Source: Escherichia phage EPFV3-03/2025
Strand: one strand, 5' to 3'
Length of the DNA stretch: 64,000 nucleotides
Sequence record: PV435126.1
In this document: piece by piece, positions 10,038-20,812 of the stretch
Position numbering within the stretch: position 1 is the stretch's first letter
Layout of the letters: every line of letters starts with the position of its first letter
Notes under the pieces: generated by a model
Databases searched by the model: none
What the model saw: the letters and a program-made list of their open reading frames with translations, nothing else
Told to the model about the DNA's origin: nothing
Made by a program: the position numbers and the translations under genes

Positions 10038-11243
10038 ATGATTTTCATCTACGAACATTTCAAAACCCGTAAAGAAGCACGAGACCGCCGTGCAGAACTT
10101 GAGAAGAAGGGTTTCACATGCGCTATTGAGAAAGGTAACACAACCTGGACACTGGCCGTGGGTGCCCCAGAGGTGTTCGATCCTGACCGTGACAGCGTTT
10201 GTTACACCCGTGAGGATTTTGAAACCCGTGAAGAGGCCCGTTTATTTCGATATGGGCTGGAAGACAACGGCAAGTACGCCATGATCTTGGATTTAGGGGA
10301 GGAGTCCTTTAAACGCTGGGGAGTGGTATACCCGCTGTGCGTTGTTCACGGTGTGGGGTTCACTGGGGTAGCAGTTAAGTCAGAAGAACCTTCGGTAGAA
10401 GTCAAAGATCCGGTTCTGGAGGTGGTGAGCAGTGTGTCTCAGCAACAGACTCGAAGCATCGAGCCTCTGGTAGTTATTTGTGGGGAACTCTTGCAGATCA
10501 CTTGCAACGAAGGCATTTTTGAAATTCGCCGCAGTGAAAGTGGGGAAGTTTACCAGAAAGTCTTCAACCATATCTCTGTTCAGGAGTATGACGAGGCAAT
10601 TGGTGAAATCCTTGTCTGGCTGGAACGCAAGAATGAGTTCACTACACTGGCAGACAACCTGATCATGAAAGATGGTAAGCTCTACTACTACGGTGTAGAG
10701 ATGCGATCTACCATTGCAAAGAAAATTGAGAAAGATTATGCAGATGGAACACTGGATGACCGCTATGTGAAATTCCTAGTTCGCCTGTTACGCAATCCGT
10801 CTGCAAAATCTGTAAACATGCTCTACGATTTTATGCAGGCAAACGACATTCAGATTGCAGAAGATGGTCGAATCATTTGCTACAAAGGGGTTCAGTTTAA
10901 CGGTAACAAGTGGGTGGATTGGCACAGCGGTAAAGTCCCACAATACCAGGGAGCTTTTGTATCCATGCCTCGTAACTTTGTAGAGGATGATCCGGAAGCT
11001 GCATGCTCTTATGGCCTGCACTGTGCCAGCAAAGAGTATGCAAAGAGCTACGGCACTGTGATGACGGTTATGGTTGACCCTGCCGATGTGGTCAGCGTAC
11101 CTTACCAACACAACAGCGCTAAGTGCCGTGCATGCCGCTACGAAATCGTAGTAGCTCCAGAATCGCGCAAAGATGGAGACCCAATCGAGTACGTGGTTGA
11201 CCGCGACGGCAACACTATCGACACTATCTACGAGGAGGCGTAA
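10038..11243 (+). CDS. hypothetical protein (401 aa)
   Basis: ORF; start moved to ATG 10038 with AGGAG upstream; no motif recognised. Confidence 0.5.
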   Translation: MIFIYEHFKTRKEARDRRAELEKKGFTCAIEKGNTTWTLAVGAPEVFDPDRDSVCYTREDFETREEARLFRYGLEDNGKYAMILDLGEESFKRWGVVYPLCVVHGVGFTGVAVKSEEPSVEVKDPVLEVVSSVSQQQTRSIEPLVVICGELLQITCNEGIFEIRRSESGEVYQKVFNHISVQEYDEAIGEILVWLERKNEFTTLADNLIMKDGKLYYYGVEMRSTIAKKIEKDYADGTLDDRYVKFLVRLLRNPSAKSVNMLYDFMQANDIQIAEDGRIICYKGVQFNGNKWVDWHSGKVPQYQGAFVSMPRNFVEDDPEAACSYGLHCASKEYAKSYGTVMTVMVDPADVVSVPYQHNSAKCRACRYEIVVAPESRKDGDPIEYVVDRDGNTIDTIYEEA

Positions 11244-12613
11244 TGGAAAAAGGGCAGTACGATGTAGGCACAGATGCTGCCCTTGTTGCAATCATGAGTG
11301 GTGAGAATGTCTTCGTAAGTGGACCTGGTGGAACCGGGAAGACATATCTTATCAACATGATCCAGTCCATGTATGGAGACTCTTGCATAACGGTTGCCCC
11401 GACAGGGGTAGCCGCTTTAAACGTTAATGGAGCAACAGCGCACCGAACTTTCGATCTTGCCGCAGGTGTGAGCATGGAGTCAGACTGGACAGCAATAAGG
11501 GCAAAAACAGCAAAGCCTCTGAAAAGCAAGGCATTTACCATCCTAATTATCGATGAAATCTCTATGATCCGTGCTGACAAGTTCATAGAGATGGATAGAA
11601 AACTCCGCTTTCTTCGGAAAAATGACAAACCTTTCGGAGGCATTCAGGTGTTATTGTTTGGAGATTTCTACCAAGCGCCTCCAGTTGTCTCTTCCATGGA
11701 GAAAGAAGCCTACTTCAACTTCTACCACACAGATCTGTGTTGCTATACAGAATCTTGGGAGGATCTTAATCTTCACAATATAGCCTTAGTAGACCAGTTC
11801 CGTCAGGAATCTGTTCGCTTCGCCACAATGTTGAACTGTGTTCGTGAAGGTCGTCGCATAAAAGAGGTTGTAGCAGAGCTTAACACTCGTTGCTATCATG
11901 GAGGTGTCCCAACAGATGCTTTGACTATCTGCGCCACCAATAAGCAAGCAGAGGAGGTGAACAGACGTTTCTATGATGCCATTCAGGCCCCAGAGAAGAC
12001 CTACATTGGTAAAATGAAGGGTAAGTTCCCTTCCACACTGCCTGTGGAGCAGGAAATGAGGCTGAAGATAGGGATGAAGGTTATGATAACCTCAAACGAT
12101 GTTGACCCTACTCACAAAGTTCCGTATTATGTCAACGGTACACGTGCCACAGTGGTAAAATTCAAGACTAAATCCGTGATAGTTGAGCTAGAAGACGGGA
12201 CACAGGTTGAAATTGAGCCGAGATTGTGGGAGAATAACGAGTACAAACCTTCCCAGAGGTACAATATTGCCGAAAGGAAGATGGAGAAGTTCATAGAGAG
12301 GGTTGTGATCGGGTCTTATGAGCAACTCCCTTTGAAATCTGGGTACGCAGTAACATCGCATAAAAGTCAAGGACTTACGCTAGATTGTTACAACCTAGAC
12401 CTCGGAAAGAACGGAGCTTTCTCTCCCGGAATGACGTATGTTGCCTTGAGTCGGGTTAAGACGATACAAGGAATAAACTTGTTGCGTCCATTAAGAGAGG
12501 TGGATATTATTGTTGACCCGCGAGTCGTAGAGTTTTATAATACAACTTTCCCTGGCTTAGACGAGAAAGTCAGGAAAGATTTTGAAACTAGAGCAGAAAA
12601 GGGGGACGTATGA
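11243..12613 (+). CDS. Pif1/RecD/Dda-type superfamily 1 DNA helicase (456 aa)
   Basis: Walker A VSGPGGTGKTYL, Walker B IIDEISM, C-terminal GYAVTSHKSQGLTLD. Confidence 0.85.
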   Translation: MEKGQYDVGTDAALVAIMSGENVFVSGPGGTGKTYLINMIQSMYGDSCITVAPTGVAALNVNGATAHRTFDLAAGVSMESDWTAIRAKTAKPLKSKAFTILIIDEISMIRADKFIEMDRKLRFLRKNDKPFGGIQVLLFGDFYQAPPVVSSMEKEAYFNFYHTDLCCYTESWEDLNLHNIALVDQFRQESVRFATMLNCVREGRRIKEVVAELNTRCYHGGVPTDALTICATNKQAEEVNRRFYDAIQAPEKTYIGKMKGKFPSTLPVEQEMRLKIGMKVMITSNDVDPTHKVPYYVNGTRATVVKFKTKSVIVELEDGTQVEIEPRLWENNEYKPSQRYNIAERKMEKFIERVVIGSYEQLPLKSGYAVTSHKSQGLTLDCYNLDLGKNGAFSPGMTYVALSRVKTIQGINLLRPLREVDIIVDPRVVEFYNTTFPGLDEKVRKDFETRAEKGDV

Positions 12614-12948
12614 GTTTGTGGAGAAATATAGTTAACTACGTGTGTGGAAATCCAAATCCTGAAGAGAAGGCTGTTGTGATTCACGATTTTACTAAAAGAT
12701 CTCGTGAAAAAGACCTCCTGCTAACAAAGGTGATCGATAAAGACCCTGTAGGGGACTGGGCAGGGTTTGCGTTTACATCTGACAAATACACCTTTAACAA
12801 AGGTGACTACCTTGTTGTGGATTTTAACGAAGACATCGAGGGTGCTGAACCTTACTATCAGACCCTTGTCGTTGCGGAGTGTGTTGAGCTCTCTGCAAAC
12901 ATGCACAGTTTGATTCTTTTTGAGCTTGACTCTGAAGACCTTCAGTAG
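12610..12948 (+). CDS. hypothetical protein (112 aa)
   Basis: ORF with ATGA overlap with helicase stop. Confidence 0.45.
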   Translation: MSLWRNIVNYVCGNPNPEEKAVVIHDFTKRSREKDLLLTKVIDKDPVGDWAGFAFTSDKYTFNKGDYLVVDFNEDIEGAEPYYQTLVVAECVELSANMHSLILFELDSEDLQ

Positions 12949-13008
12949 TAAGATGTGAGCATAAAGGGGAGGAACTCCTCCCCACAAAACTGAGGAGAGC
13001 ACCAAACG

Positions 13009-13311
13009 ATGAAGCGTTACAAACCATACACTTTTGAAATCGATTTCGAACTTGACGATATGCTCACTGTAGAAGCTCAGGCAGTTGTCCAGTTGCCAGA
13101 TCCGGAGTGCCGTGATTCTGATGTTGATTATTATGGATTTAGACAGATTACCGATTTACATGTTTACCACAACGGAGAGGAGGTGGACTTTCACCAACTC
13201 CCGAACGATCTGCGACACTCTATTTACAAACGTGCAGCCCGTGAACTAGAATCATATCTGGATGCAGCGACAACAGCAGCAGCATTTGCTGAAGAAGTAG
13301 GGGGATTCTAA
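13009..13311 (+). CDS. hypothetical protein (100 aa)
   Basis: ORF in co-oriented array. Confidence 0.45.
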   Translation: MKRYKPYTFEIDFELDDMLTVEAQAVVQLPDPECRDSDVDYYGFRQITDLHVYHNGEEVDFHQLPNDLRHSIYKRAARELESYLDAATTAAAFAEEVGGF

Positions 13312-13706
13312 TGATTACGGATGTGAAGATTATCCAATACCACTTAACCAAATTGGAAGATGCTGAAAAAGAGCTTGCAGAAGTTCTGAATAGCGGGTAT
13401 ACTTTATTGACATGCTCCTGTTCAGACACATACATTGTGTGGACACTTGCTAAGAAGGGAGAACCAGCAGGAATCTTGGTGCCAAACCCTAAGATTATTA
13501 GTGAGGTGGACGACTACTCTCAGGATGGCCTGCCAGAGTGTTGGGAAGCATGGGAAGGTGGTGAAAACCCTGCACCAGGTAAGTGGGTAAAATACAAGCT
13601 ACGTAGCGGTGCACAGTATGCTGACTACTCTGATGACCTAGACTGGAGTCACGCTTCACCAGGATCGTCTGCAAGTGCATATGATATCGTTGCTTTTCAG
13701 GAATAA
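13311..13706 (+). CDS. hypothetical protein (131 aa)
   Basis: ORF in co-oriented array. Confidence 0.45.
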   Translation: MITDVKIIQYHLTKLEDAEKELAEVLNSGYTLLTCSCSDTYIVWTLAKKGEPAGILVPNPKIISEVDDYSQDGLPECWEAWEGGENPAPGKWVKYKLRSGAQYADYSDDLDWSHASPGSSASAYDIVAFQE

Positions 13707-13718
13707 TGGGAGAGTGTT

Positions 13719-14201
13719 ATGTCAGATTTCATGTGGAAGGTAGGCTATGCCTCTCCTGAAATGTGCGAGGCCTGCTTTGTGAAAATAGGCCGCGAGGATA
13801 TCGACAAAGTGATCCTTAAGTTTCGTGATGTGTCTGTGATCGGCAACCGAGTGCTTAAGCACTTAAAGAATCTGAAGCTCACCAAGAAGAAGTTCTTCGG
13901 ACTTTTCGAAGAGAAAGTCGATGCTTGGACCCATTGCATTCAGGAAGCTAAATCTCACTATAGTGCTATCGTTACCCCAGAACGGGTAGCCAAGATGGAA
14001 GGATTTATCAACAGCACAGAGTTTGAGTGCCTAAAGGCTGCCCTTGATAGCTATCCAAAGTGCCTCAAACACCTTGACAAGTATGTAGAAAAGGATGGGG
14101 AAATGTATCTCACCCTGGACGCATACTATGAGATGCAAGAAATTTTAAATTTAGATTTGACATTGGTATCCACCGAGTATACAATAGGTATCCGGGTTTA
14201 A
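13719..14201 (+). CDS. hypothetical protein (160 aa)
   Basis: ORF followed by intrinsic terminator. Confidence 0.5.
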   Translation: MSDFMWKVGYASPEMCEACFVKIGREDIDKVILKFRDVSVIGNRVLKHLKNLKLTKKKFFGLFEEKVDAWTHCIQEAKSHYSAIVTPERVAKMEGFINSTEFECLKAALDSYPKCLKHLDKYVEKDGEMYLTLDAYYEMQEILNLDLTLVSTEYTIGIRV

Positions 14202-14209
14202 CACTAGGT

Positions 14210-14234
14210 CCTGCCCGAAAGGGTGGGGCTTTTT
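14210..14234 (+). terminator. rho-independent terminator (copy 1 of duplicated hairpin)
   Basis: CCTGCCC-GAAA-GGGTGGG stem-loop followed by GCTTTTT; same hairpin recurs at 25612. Confidence 0.65.
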
Positions 14235-14252
14235 GCATTAGGAGACAGCAAA

Positions 14253-15017
14253 TTGAAATTTATCTACAAAGAACACCACCACAAAGGTGTTGTGTGGAGT
14301 CTATTTGATGGGTCTGGTGGTGCAGTCATTGACTGGGCAAAAGCTGGGTATCTGTGCCTGTGCTTTAATGCAGAAGGTGCTGACCATGGTAGCTATGCAG
14401 AGGTGATAACCGATCATCCCAACATTCACTACGTGGATTATTGGATTGACCCGTGGTTCCCTCAAGAAACTTTTTGCATGTACCCAGCTCCAGACTTTAT
14501 TCTTGCATTTCCTCCGTGCACGCATTTAGCAGTATCAGGTGCTGCACATTTTAAGAAAAAGCTGGCTAAGGACCCCCTGATCCAAATTAATGCTGTAAAA
14601 GATGCTCGGGTTGCGGAAGAGCTGGGAGAGATCTACGATTGCCCGTGGCATGTAGAGAATCCTGTGGGTGTTATGTCCACACTGTGGCGCAAACCTGATT
14701 ACCGTTTTCACCCTTCGGATTATGGCGGGTATTTACCGGAAGATGATGTAAACCCATGGTTTCCTGAATTTATAGCTCCACGTGATGCCTATCCAAAAAT
14801 AACTTGCGGATGGATAGGTAACGGATTTATAATCCCGGCCACAAAACCTGTCCCGCAGATAGTGGATGCGGTTAGTGGTTATTCTATGCAACACGCTAAG
14901 CTAGGTGGAAAGAGTGCAAGGACGAAGATGATTCGAAGCCTTACACCACGTGGCTGGGCTAAAGCTGTATTCTTAGCAAACGAGCCTGCAGTAAGGAGCA
15001 GAATTAATGGGCAGTAA
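14253..15017 (+). CDS. DNA cytosine-5 methyltransferase-like protein (about 254 aa)
   Basis: Motif I LFDGSGG, motif IV AFPPCTHLAVSG (PC-Thr instead of PCQ), motif VI HVENPVG; start placed at TTG 14253 after AGGAG because ORF-track start lies inside the terminator. Confidence 0.5.
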   Translation: MKFIYKEHHHKGVVWSLFDGSGGAVIDWAKAGYLCLCFNAEGADHGSYAEVITDHPNIHYVDYWIDPWFPQETFCMYPAPDFILAFPPCTHLAVSGAAHFKKKLAKDPLIQINAVKDARVAEELGEIYDCPWHVENPVGVMSTLWRKPDYRFHPSDYGGYLPEDDVNPWFPEFIAPRDAYPKITCGWIGNGFIIPATKPVPQIVDAVSGYSMQHAKLGGKSARTKMIRSLTPRGWAKAVFLANEPAVRSRINGQ

Positions 15018-17085
15018 ATTCATGGCATCTGCATACAACCGTTTCGGTGAGCCAAACCCGAAAGCAACCAAATATAAAAGTGGGGGGAGTGTGAAACGAG
15101 ACTATCGTGATGAAAAAGAGGTCGAAACTGTAGAGACTGTTTTAGAAAATACTAAAATTGTCCCTGTTCCACAACAAAATATCGGACTGATGGCTGCACA
15201 ATACTTCGGTGTGCGATCAGCATTGTCTCAAGAAGATGGGGTAACGGTCACTGCAACATATTTCCCATATTACGACCGCTACGGTAATCTATCTGGCTTT
15301 AAAAAGCGCGACTGGACAATCCCTAAAGAGCAAAGGGGCCATTTCTCAGTTGTTGGCATAGTAAAGGCCAACTCTCAGATGTTTGGTCAAAAGCTGTGTG
15401 CATCCTCCAACAACCGTAAACAGATTAACGTTTGCGAGGGGGAGGGTGATGTTATTGCAGCATGGCAAGCTGCATATCAGATACAAGTGAAAGGTATTCT
15501 CACCAATGCTAAAGCCCCAGCGAAGGTGAAGCAGTGGGCTAAAGAAGTTCAAGATGGGATTGATGCAGTTATCGACGGCGGGGATCTGGCAGGAAAACCC
15601 TGCCTGCCTTTTGTTGGAATTAACTGCGGGTGTGCAAACGCCGTAGATACTTTTGCTAACAATGAGAAATTTATCCGTAGCTACGGAACAGTGGTCCTTG
15701 CAATGGACAACGATGCAGCTAACGAGGTAGAGAAGCAAAAACACGTTATCAAAGGTGTTGAGGCCACACATAATATCGCAGCATTTTTGATGGCTGATAA
15801 CGTTTACCACGTGGAATACCCTGGTGAAGTAAACGATCCTGATGGTGTAAAAGACATTCGTGACATGCTGAAGGCTAAAAAGCTGGAAGATATTGTCAAC
15901 ATGTTCCGTCACCCAGTCAAATATGTGCCTGATGCTGTATCTGATTTAGAAGACTTCTCCATTGAGTCTCTTCGTAAGAAGACTTCCAATGGCGTAGATA
16001 TCAGTGCGGAGTTCCCTAAATTGCAGAAGATGCTGAAAGGGCTCCACAAAGGCACCTTGATGATGCTGACAGGCCCATCTGGCGGTGGTAAAACAACTGT
16101 AGCCAAGAAGCTGGAACACTGTATTGCAAGATACTTGATGGATCCAACATGCCCTAAAGCTGATGACTATGAAGAGGATGATCGCCTGTGCCTGATTCAC
16201 CTTGAAGAGGATCCTGAGGAAGCAATCAACTCTCTATACGCCAACCAGCTGGGATTTGATGTTAAAGAGTTTGTTGAAGACCCCAGTCAGTTCCTTACCG
16301 ACCAGGAGCACGCTGAGATCCATCAATCTTGGGCCAAGGCCGGAAAAATTAAAGTGTTCAAGCATTTCGGCTCCATCCCTGTGGATGAGCTGATCACTAA
16401 GCTTAAACAAATGGTGTGTCTGTATCACTGCCGTTACATTGTGCTGGATCACCTGTCCATGGTGATTTCAGGGCTTAATGTTAAGGATGAGCGCAAAGAA
16501 CTTGACATGGCTATGACTCAACTAGCTGCGTTCTGTAAGCAGTTTAATGTGTTTATCTTGGTTATTGCTCACCTGAAGCGCACAGAGATTATACCTCCTA
16601 AGGATAAGGATGGGAATCCGTTGCCTTTCTGGTATCCTGTACGAAAAGAGAACCTTCGTGGTAGTGCCGGATTGGAGCAACTCAGCTGGGTAGTTGTTGG
16701 GGTAGAGGCAGAAGAGATGGTGGATCGTTCTCGTGGGCGTGTCCGACTAGTAGGTCTTAAAAACCGCCCAGCAAAAACGTTAGGTATTGCGGACACTTTG
16801 GTTATGGATCCTCACACAGGCAAGTTCCACGATGCCAGCAATTGGTATTGGGATAAAGAAATGCAGATGTTTACAGACGGAGAAGGTGGGGAGGTTGTTT
16901 GGAGACCTCAGGCTATGTTTGAGGATCAGGATCATGCAGTTGTGGAAACACCCATGGGTAAGGTTGTGGCTGATAAGGTTGTAACTCCTACTGTTACCCC
17001 AGTTGACACGCAGGAAGATCCTCAGTATGATGATCCGTCCTCTAACCACGTCCCCGGTTTTGAAGACGACGAAACACCTTTTTAA
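15007..17085 (+). CDS. Toprim primase / DnaB-like helicase fusion (692 aa)
   Basis: Toprim motifs VCEGEGD and VLAMDNDAANE; Walker A MLTGPSGGGKTT; DnaB-like C-terminal region. Confidence 0.85.
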   Translation: MGSKFMASAYNRFGEPNPKATKYKSGGSVKRDYRDEKEVETVETVLENTKIVPVPQQNIGLMAAQYFGVRSALSQEDGVTVTATYFPYYDRYGNLSGFKKRDWTIPKEQRGHFSVVGIVKANSQMFGQKLCASSNNRKQINVCEGEGDVIAAWQAAYQIQVKGILTNAKAPAKVKQWAKEVQDGIDAVIDGGDLAGKPCLPFVGINCGCANAVDTFANNEKFIRSYGTVVLAMDNDAANEVEKQKHVIKGVEATHNIAAFLMADNVYHVEYPGEVNDPDGVKDIRDMLKAKKLEDIVNMFRHPVKYVPDAVSDLEDFSIESLRKKTSNGVDISAEFPKLQKMLKGLHKGTLMMLTGPSGGGKTTVAKKLEHCIARYLMDPTCPKADDYEEDDRLCLIHLEEDPEEAINSLYANQLGFDVKEFVEDPSQFLTDQEHAEIHQSWAKAGKIKVFKHFGSIPVDELITKLKQMVCLYHCRYIVLDHLSMVISGLNVKDERKELDMAMTQLAAFCKQFNVFILVIAHLKRTEIIPPKDKDGNPLPFWYPVRKENLRGSAGLEQLSWVVVGVEAEEMVDRSRGRVRLVGLKNRPAKTLGIADTLVMDPHTGKFHDASNWYWDKEMQMFTDGEGGEVVWRPQAMFEDQDHAVVETPMGKVVADKVVTPTVTPVDTQEDPQYDDPSSNHVPGFEDDETPF

Positions 17086-17143
17086 TGTTTAACCAAGAGT
17101 GGGAGGGGTAGTACAACCGCCTCCCCTTTAAGGAGAACTGTAT

Positions 17144-20100
17144 ATGAGCATGTGGTCGTTCGATTTTGAGGCCTCTGGCTTGCTGGAAGACCCAGATCTT
17201 TATTATCACTGCGGTTTGTTTAAAGAGCTGAATAAGAACCGTTTTATGCTGTTCCTCCCCCTAAATGACCGCACACACTACTCTGAAGAGGATGTGGAGA
17301 AAGCTAAGAACTTCATTCTGGCAAAAAAGACCCTTTATACAGATTTTGAGGCTCGCATAGCAGATTTTTCAGAGTTGGAAGGCTGGCTTACAGGTAATTC
17401 AGATTGGTCACCTACGGCTTTGAACTGTCATAACTGCTACAGCTACGACTTTATGCTGATGGAAAGATTATCCGGTATTCATTTTGATATGTTCCGTGAT
17501 CCTAAATGCATGGGAACTATCAACGACCACCAGGTTAATCTGTTTGATACGTTAGCGATGAGTCGAATCTTGTGGCCTGACCGCCCTTTGCCAAAAGGTT
17601 GTCCGGACGCAGTATTCAATCCAGTTACCAAGAAAATGCAGCCTGTTGGGCCTCATGGCCTTATGGCATGGGGCTATGCCCTTGGTAACCAGAAAGTTCA
17701 AATCGATGACTGGCGTGAGCTTCCGCTGTGGAAGTATGTGGATCGTGTGTTCGAGGACGTTATCATTCAGGAGTTGCTCTGGAAGGAGTTGGTAGCTGAA
17801 TCAAAAGGTGTATTCTACGGCAAATCTGACATGCAGAACTTTATGTATGACCCTGCCAAAGAGAAGCCTAAAGGATTCAAGAAGATTACCTGGAAGAATG
17901 CATTACGCCGAGGCATGCTGCAGCATTTCCTGATGGAGCTGCAGGCTCGACAGGGTGTGTATTTCGACATAGATGGGGCTATTGCTTTACGTGACCGCTG
18001 CGATGCGTGGATGAAAGAGATCGCTGATCGTGTTGAACCACAACTTCCTTTAAAAGAGTTATCAATGTCTCAGCGGCCTAAGTTCCCTGAAAAGCCGTTT
18101 AACCAGGATGGGACAATCTCTAATAACGGTTGGAAATGGTTAAAAGACAAGCTTGGCTATCCTGTGGATATGGGTGCTTTAGAATTCAAAGCTCCGCCTA
18201 AGCGAGCCTTTACCTCCACAGGAGATGTCAGCAAAATGGGGATAAAATGGTGTGAAGAGATGGGCTGCAAAGACCCCGATAAGATGGCTGATTTCTTAAG
18301 GGGGTATATTAAAGGAACCTCTACACCGCACCCTTTACCTAAAGAACTAATGGATCAGGCAATAAGTGATCTGCAGCAGAAGCGGATGCCTGACTGCAAG
18401 ATACCTATGAAGATCAGCAACCAGGACGACATCAAGCGATACCTGATCAGTGCTGGTTGGCTCCCAACAATGTGGAGAACTAAGGATGTAACTAAAGACA
18501 GCAAGAAGAAAGCTTTACCTGATGCAGATGTTGATGCACGAGTATATGCATATATGGACGAGCTTTTGGAGTCAGAGTATTGTGACCTGATTATCAACTT
18601 CTGGAACAAAACTGATGCCAAGTTCCAGACAACCGTGCACAAGTTCCGAAGCTTCCCTAACTCAGAAAGGATTAAAAAGGAAGTGTTTGGGAAGATACGT
18701 AGAAAAGCCAGAGCGCTTATTACTTCTCCGCAACTGAAAGATACGTTTGGACACCTGTGCCCGAATCTTGAAAAATTGAACGGGGAGATGGCTAAAGATA
18801 TCGTTTTGTGGTTATCATTGCGAAACCGCAGATCGGTCCTTGATCCAATCAAGGAGGATAAGGTTGATACTGGTCTTCTTAATCATCCACGTTTGAAGAT
18901 TGACCATAAGCTTCCTGCTAAAAGTTCTGGATTAACAAACACTTCAAGACAGAAACACAGCATTTGTGCAAACATGCCTAAACCATCTCCTAAAGTGGTT
19001 ATGGGTAAAGAGATGCGTAGTCTGTGGGGTGTTCCTCCAGGATACTTTGAGATCGGTATTGACGGGTCTAACTTAGAGCAGCTTATTGGGGCTTGGGGTG
19101 CCTTTGAGTTTGACAACGGCCTGTATTATGATGTTGTAAGTAACGGCGATGCACACTGTTATTCAGGAGATACACAAATTCTCACGGAGAAAGGGTGGGT
19201 GAGGTTTGAAGATCTTGATCCGGGAACACAAGTGTTCCAGTACGATCACAACACCTCGTCGATGAACCTTGTTACTCCATTAAATTACGTTAAGCGTAGT
19301 TATTGTGGGGATATGTATCATTTCCACAACAGCAGTGTGGATTTTATGGTTACAGATCAACACAGGATGCTGACCGTGGATCACAGAAGCAATAAATTGT
19401 TTGAAGATTTGGCAAAAGACCTGAAAGCAGGTAAAGGGTCTAATTCAGGAAGAAGGTTTATCCATGCGGCAGAGTTTTATGGGAATACAACCTTATCTCC
19501 TGCCCAGGTTAATTTGCTTATTGCTATTCACGATGATGGGTACTTGCATACAAATAAGGACGGCAGCATCGTGTGCAGGATTCAGGCCGGGAAGGGCAGA
19601 AAAGTTGCAACGCTTTTAGATACTTTTTCTGCTCTAAGCCTTAGTTATGTAGAGCAGAGCGGGAAAACCACAAAAGGAGGCTTACTGGCGAGAAGGTTCC
19701 AATTCCACGTTCCGTCCTGGGTATTTGAGTTTTTGGACAGCAATAAGGATTTCACCTACAACCTGATGGACCTTGATAAAGAATCTAAAAACCTGTTTAT
19801 AGCTTCTTTATCTAACTGGGACGGGTGGGTATCTCCCGAAGGTGGAAAAGTTGCCTACTACTCTCAGGCCGAGTGCAGGAAGAAATCTGTAGAGGTTGTG
19901 TCTGCGCTGGCTACTCAGTGTGGTTTACGGAATAATACGGTGGCGATTCACAAAAAAGGTCGTTCCGTACAGCACAGAATCACGATTGGTAGCAAACAGA
20001 GAGCAGGGTTGCTGACACTATCTAAAGAGCCTGTCGGGGTGAGCGGTTCTTTGGTTTATTGCGTTACCGTCCCTTCTGGAGCAATCATTGTGAGAAGGAA

Positions 20101-20536
20101 TGGTAAAGTGGCAGTGTGCGGTAACTGTAATAACGCCAAAGCTTACTCTTCTGTAGCAGGCAAGGAGATTTCCCGTAACGATGGTAAGCCTGTCACGTAC
20201 GGTGTTATGTACGGGGCACAAAAAGATAAAGTTGCAGACATGCTGGATATCTCTCCAGAGTTGGGGCAAAGGGTAATCGATGCGCTTTGGGATGCCAACC
20301 CAGGTCTTAAGGGGCGTAAAGAGGATCTGGAGAAATTCTGGGAAGCAACAGGTAAGAAATTTATCTACTCTTTTGACGGTCATGCCATCTGGACCCGATC
20401 TAAACACTCTTTACTTAATGCATACCAACAGAATGGTGGTGCATCGTTGTGTGACTTAGTTGGGATACTCATGCACCACCAAATGGTGAAGCGTGGGTGG
20501 TACGATGAAGGTGTCCGTCGTATTATTTATTACCAT
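17144..20536 (+). CDS. family A DNA polymerase, exon 1 (contains intein)
   Basis: 3'-5' exo motif SFDFEASG; motif A-like DGSNLEQL...GDAH; T7-like motif B RNDGKPVTYGVMYGAQ after the intein; ORF lacks motif C unless spliced to exon 2. Confidence 0.9.
19157..20125 (+). mobile_element. intein (323 codons) with LAGLIDADG-like endonuclease motifs inside DNA polymerase
   Basis: Begins CYSGDTQIL (block A), TDQH (block B), LLIAIHDDGY and FIASLSNWDGW (LAGLIDADG-like), ends ...VYCVTV...RRNGKVAVCGN followed by Cys. Confidence 0.75.
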
Positions 20537-20812
20537 AAATAACATTGTGGCTTCATAGAGTAATCTATGTCGAATAACCTCTTTAACTGCGGGAAGCCTA
20601 AACCTTATGGCAAGGTAATCCGCAACGAAGCGCTCAAAAGAGCGAACGCTCAGAGGCCATTCCGAAAGGAAGTAGACCAGCAAGTGCGGTCGAAATGGGA
20701 GGATTCCTGTGGTTGCTTATCATAGGAATATGAGATGGTCCGATCCTACGTGAAAACGTATGGCTATGCACGTAATGGTGCGGGGTAGCTTAACGACCTA
20801 CCTGAACTATTG
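20537..20812 (+). mobile_element. group I intron (276 nt, no ORF) in DNA polymerase gene
   Basis: Starts after exon U (cat|), ends with G before gat; P-like aactgcgggaag 20585-20596, Q-like aatccgcaac 20617-20626, S-like gagatggtccga 20732-20743; splicing restores in-frame HDE motif C. Confidence 0.6.

Noticed and set aside
10788-11291. 167-aa minus-strand ORF spanning the 10038-11243 gene and the helicase start
   Set aside because: Antisense to two co-oriented genes in an otherwise strictly plus-strand block.
12949-12990. Hairpin ggggaggaactcctcccc after ORF 12610-12948 as terminator
   Set aside because: Perfect stem but followed by A-rich sequence, not a U-tract; possibly an RNA processing or stability element, left uncalled.
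15346-15912. 188-aa minus-strand ORF inside the primase-helicase gene
   Set aside because: Antisense to a gene with clear Toprim and Walker motifs; shadow ORF.
18355-18852. 165-aa minus-strand ORF inside the DNA polymerase gene
   Set aside because: Antisense to polymerase exon 1; no supporting signals.
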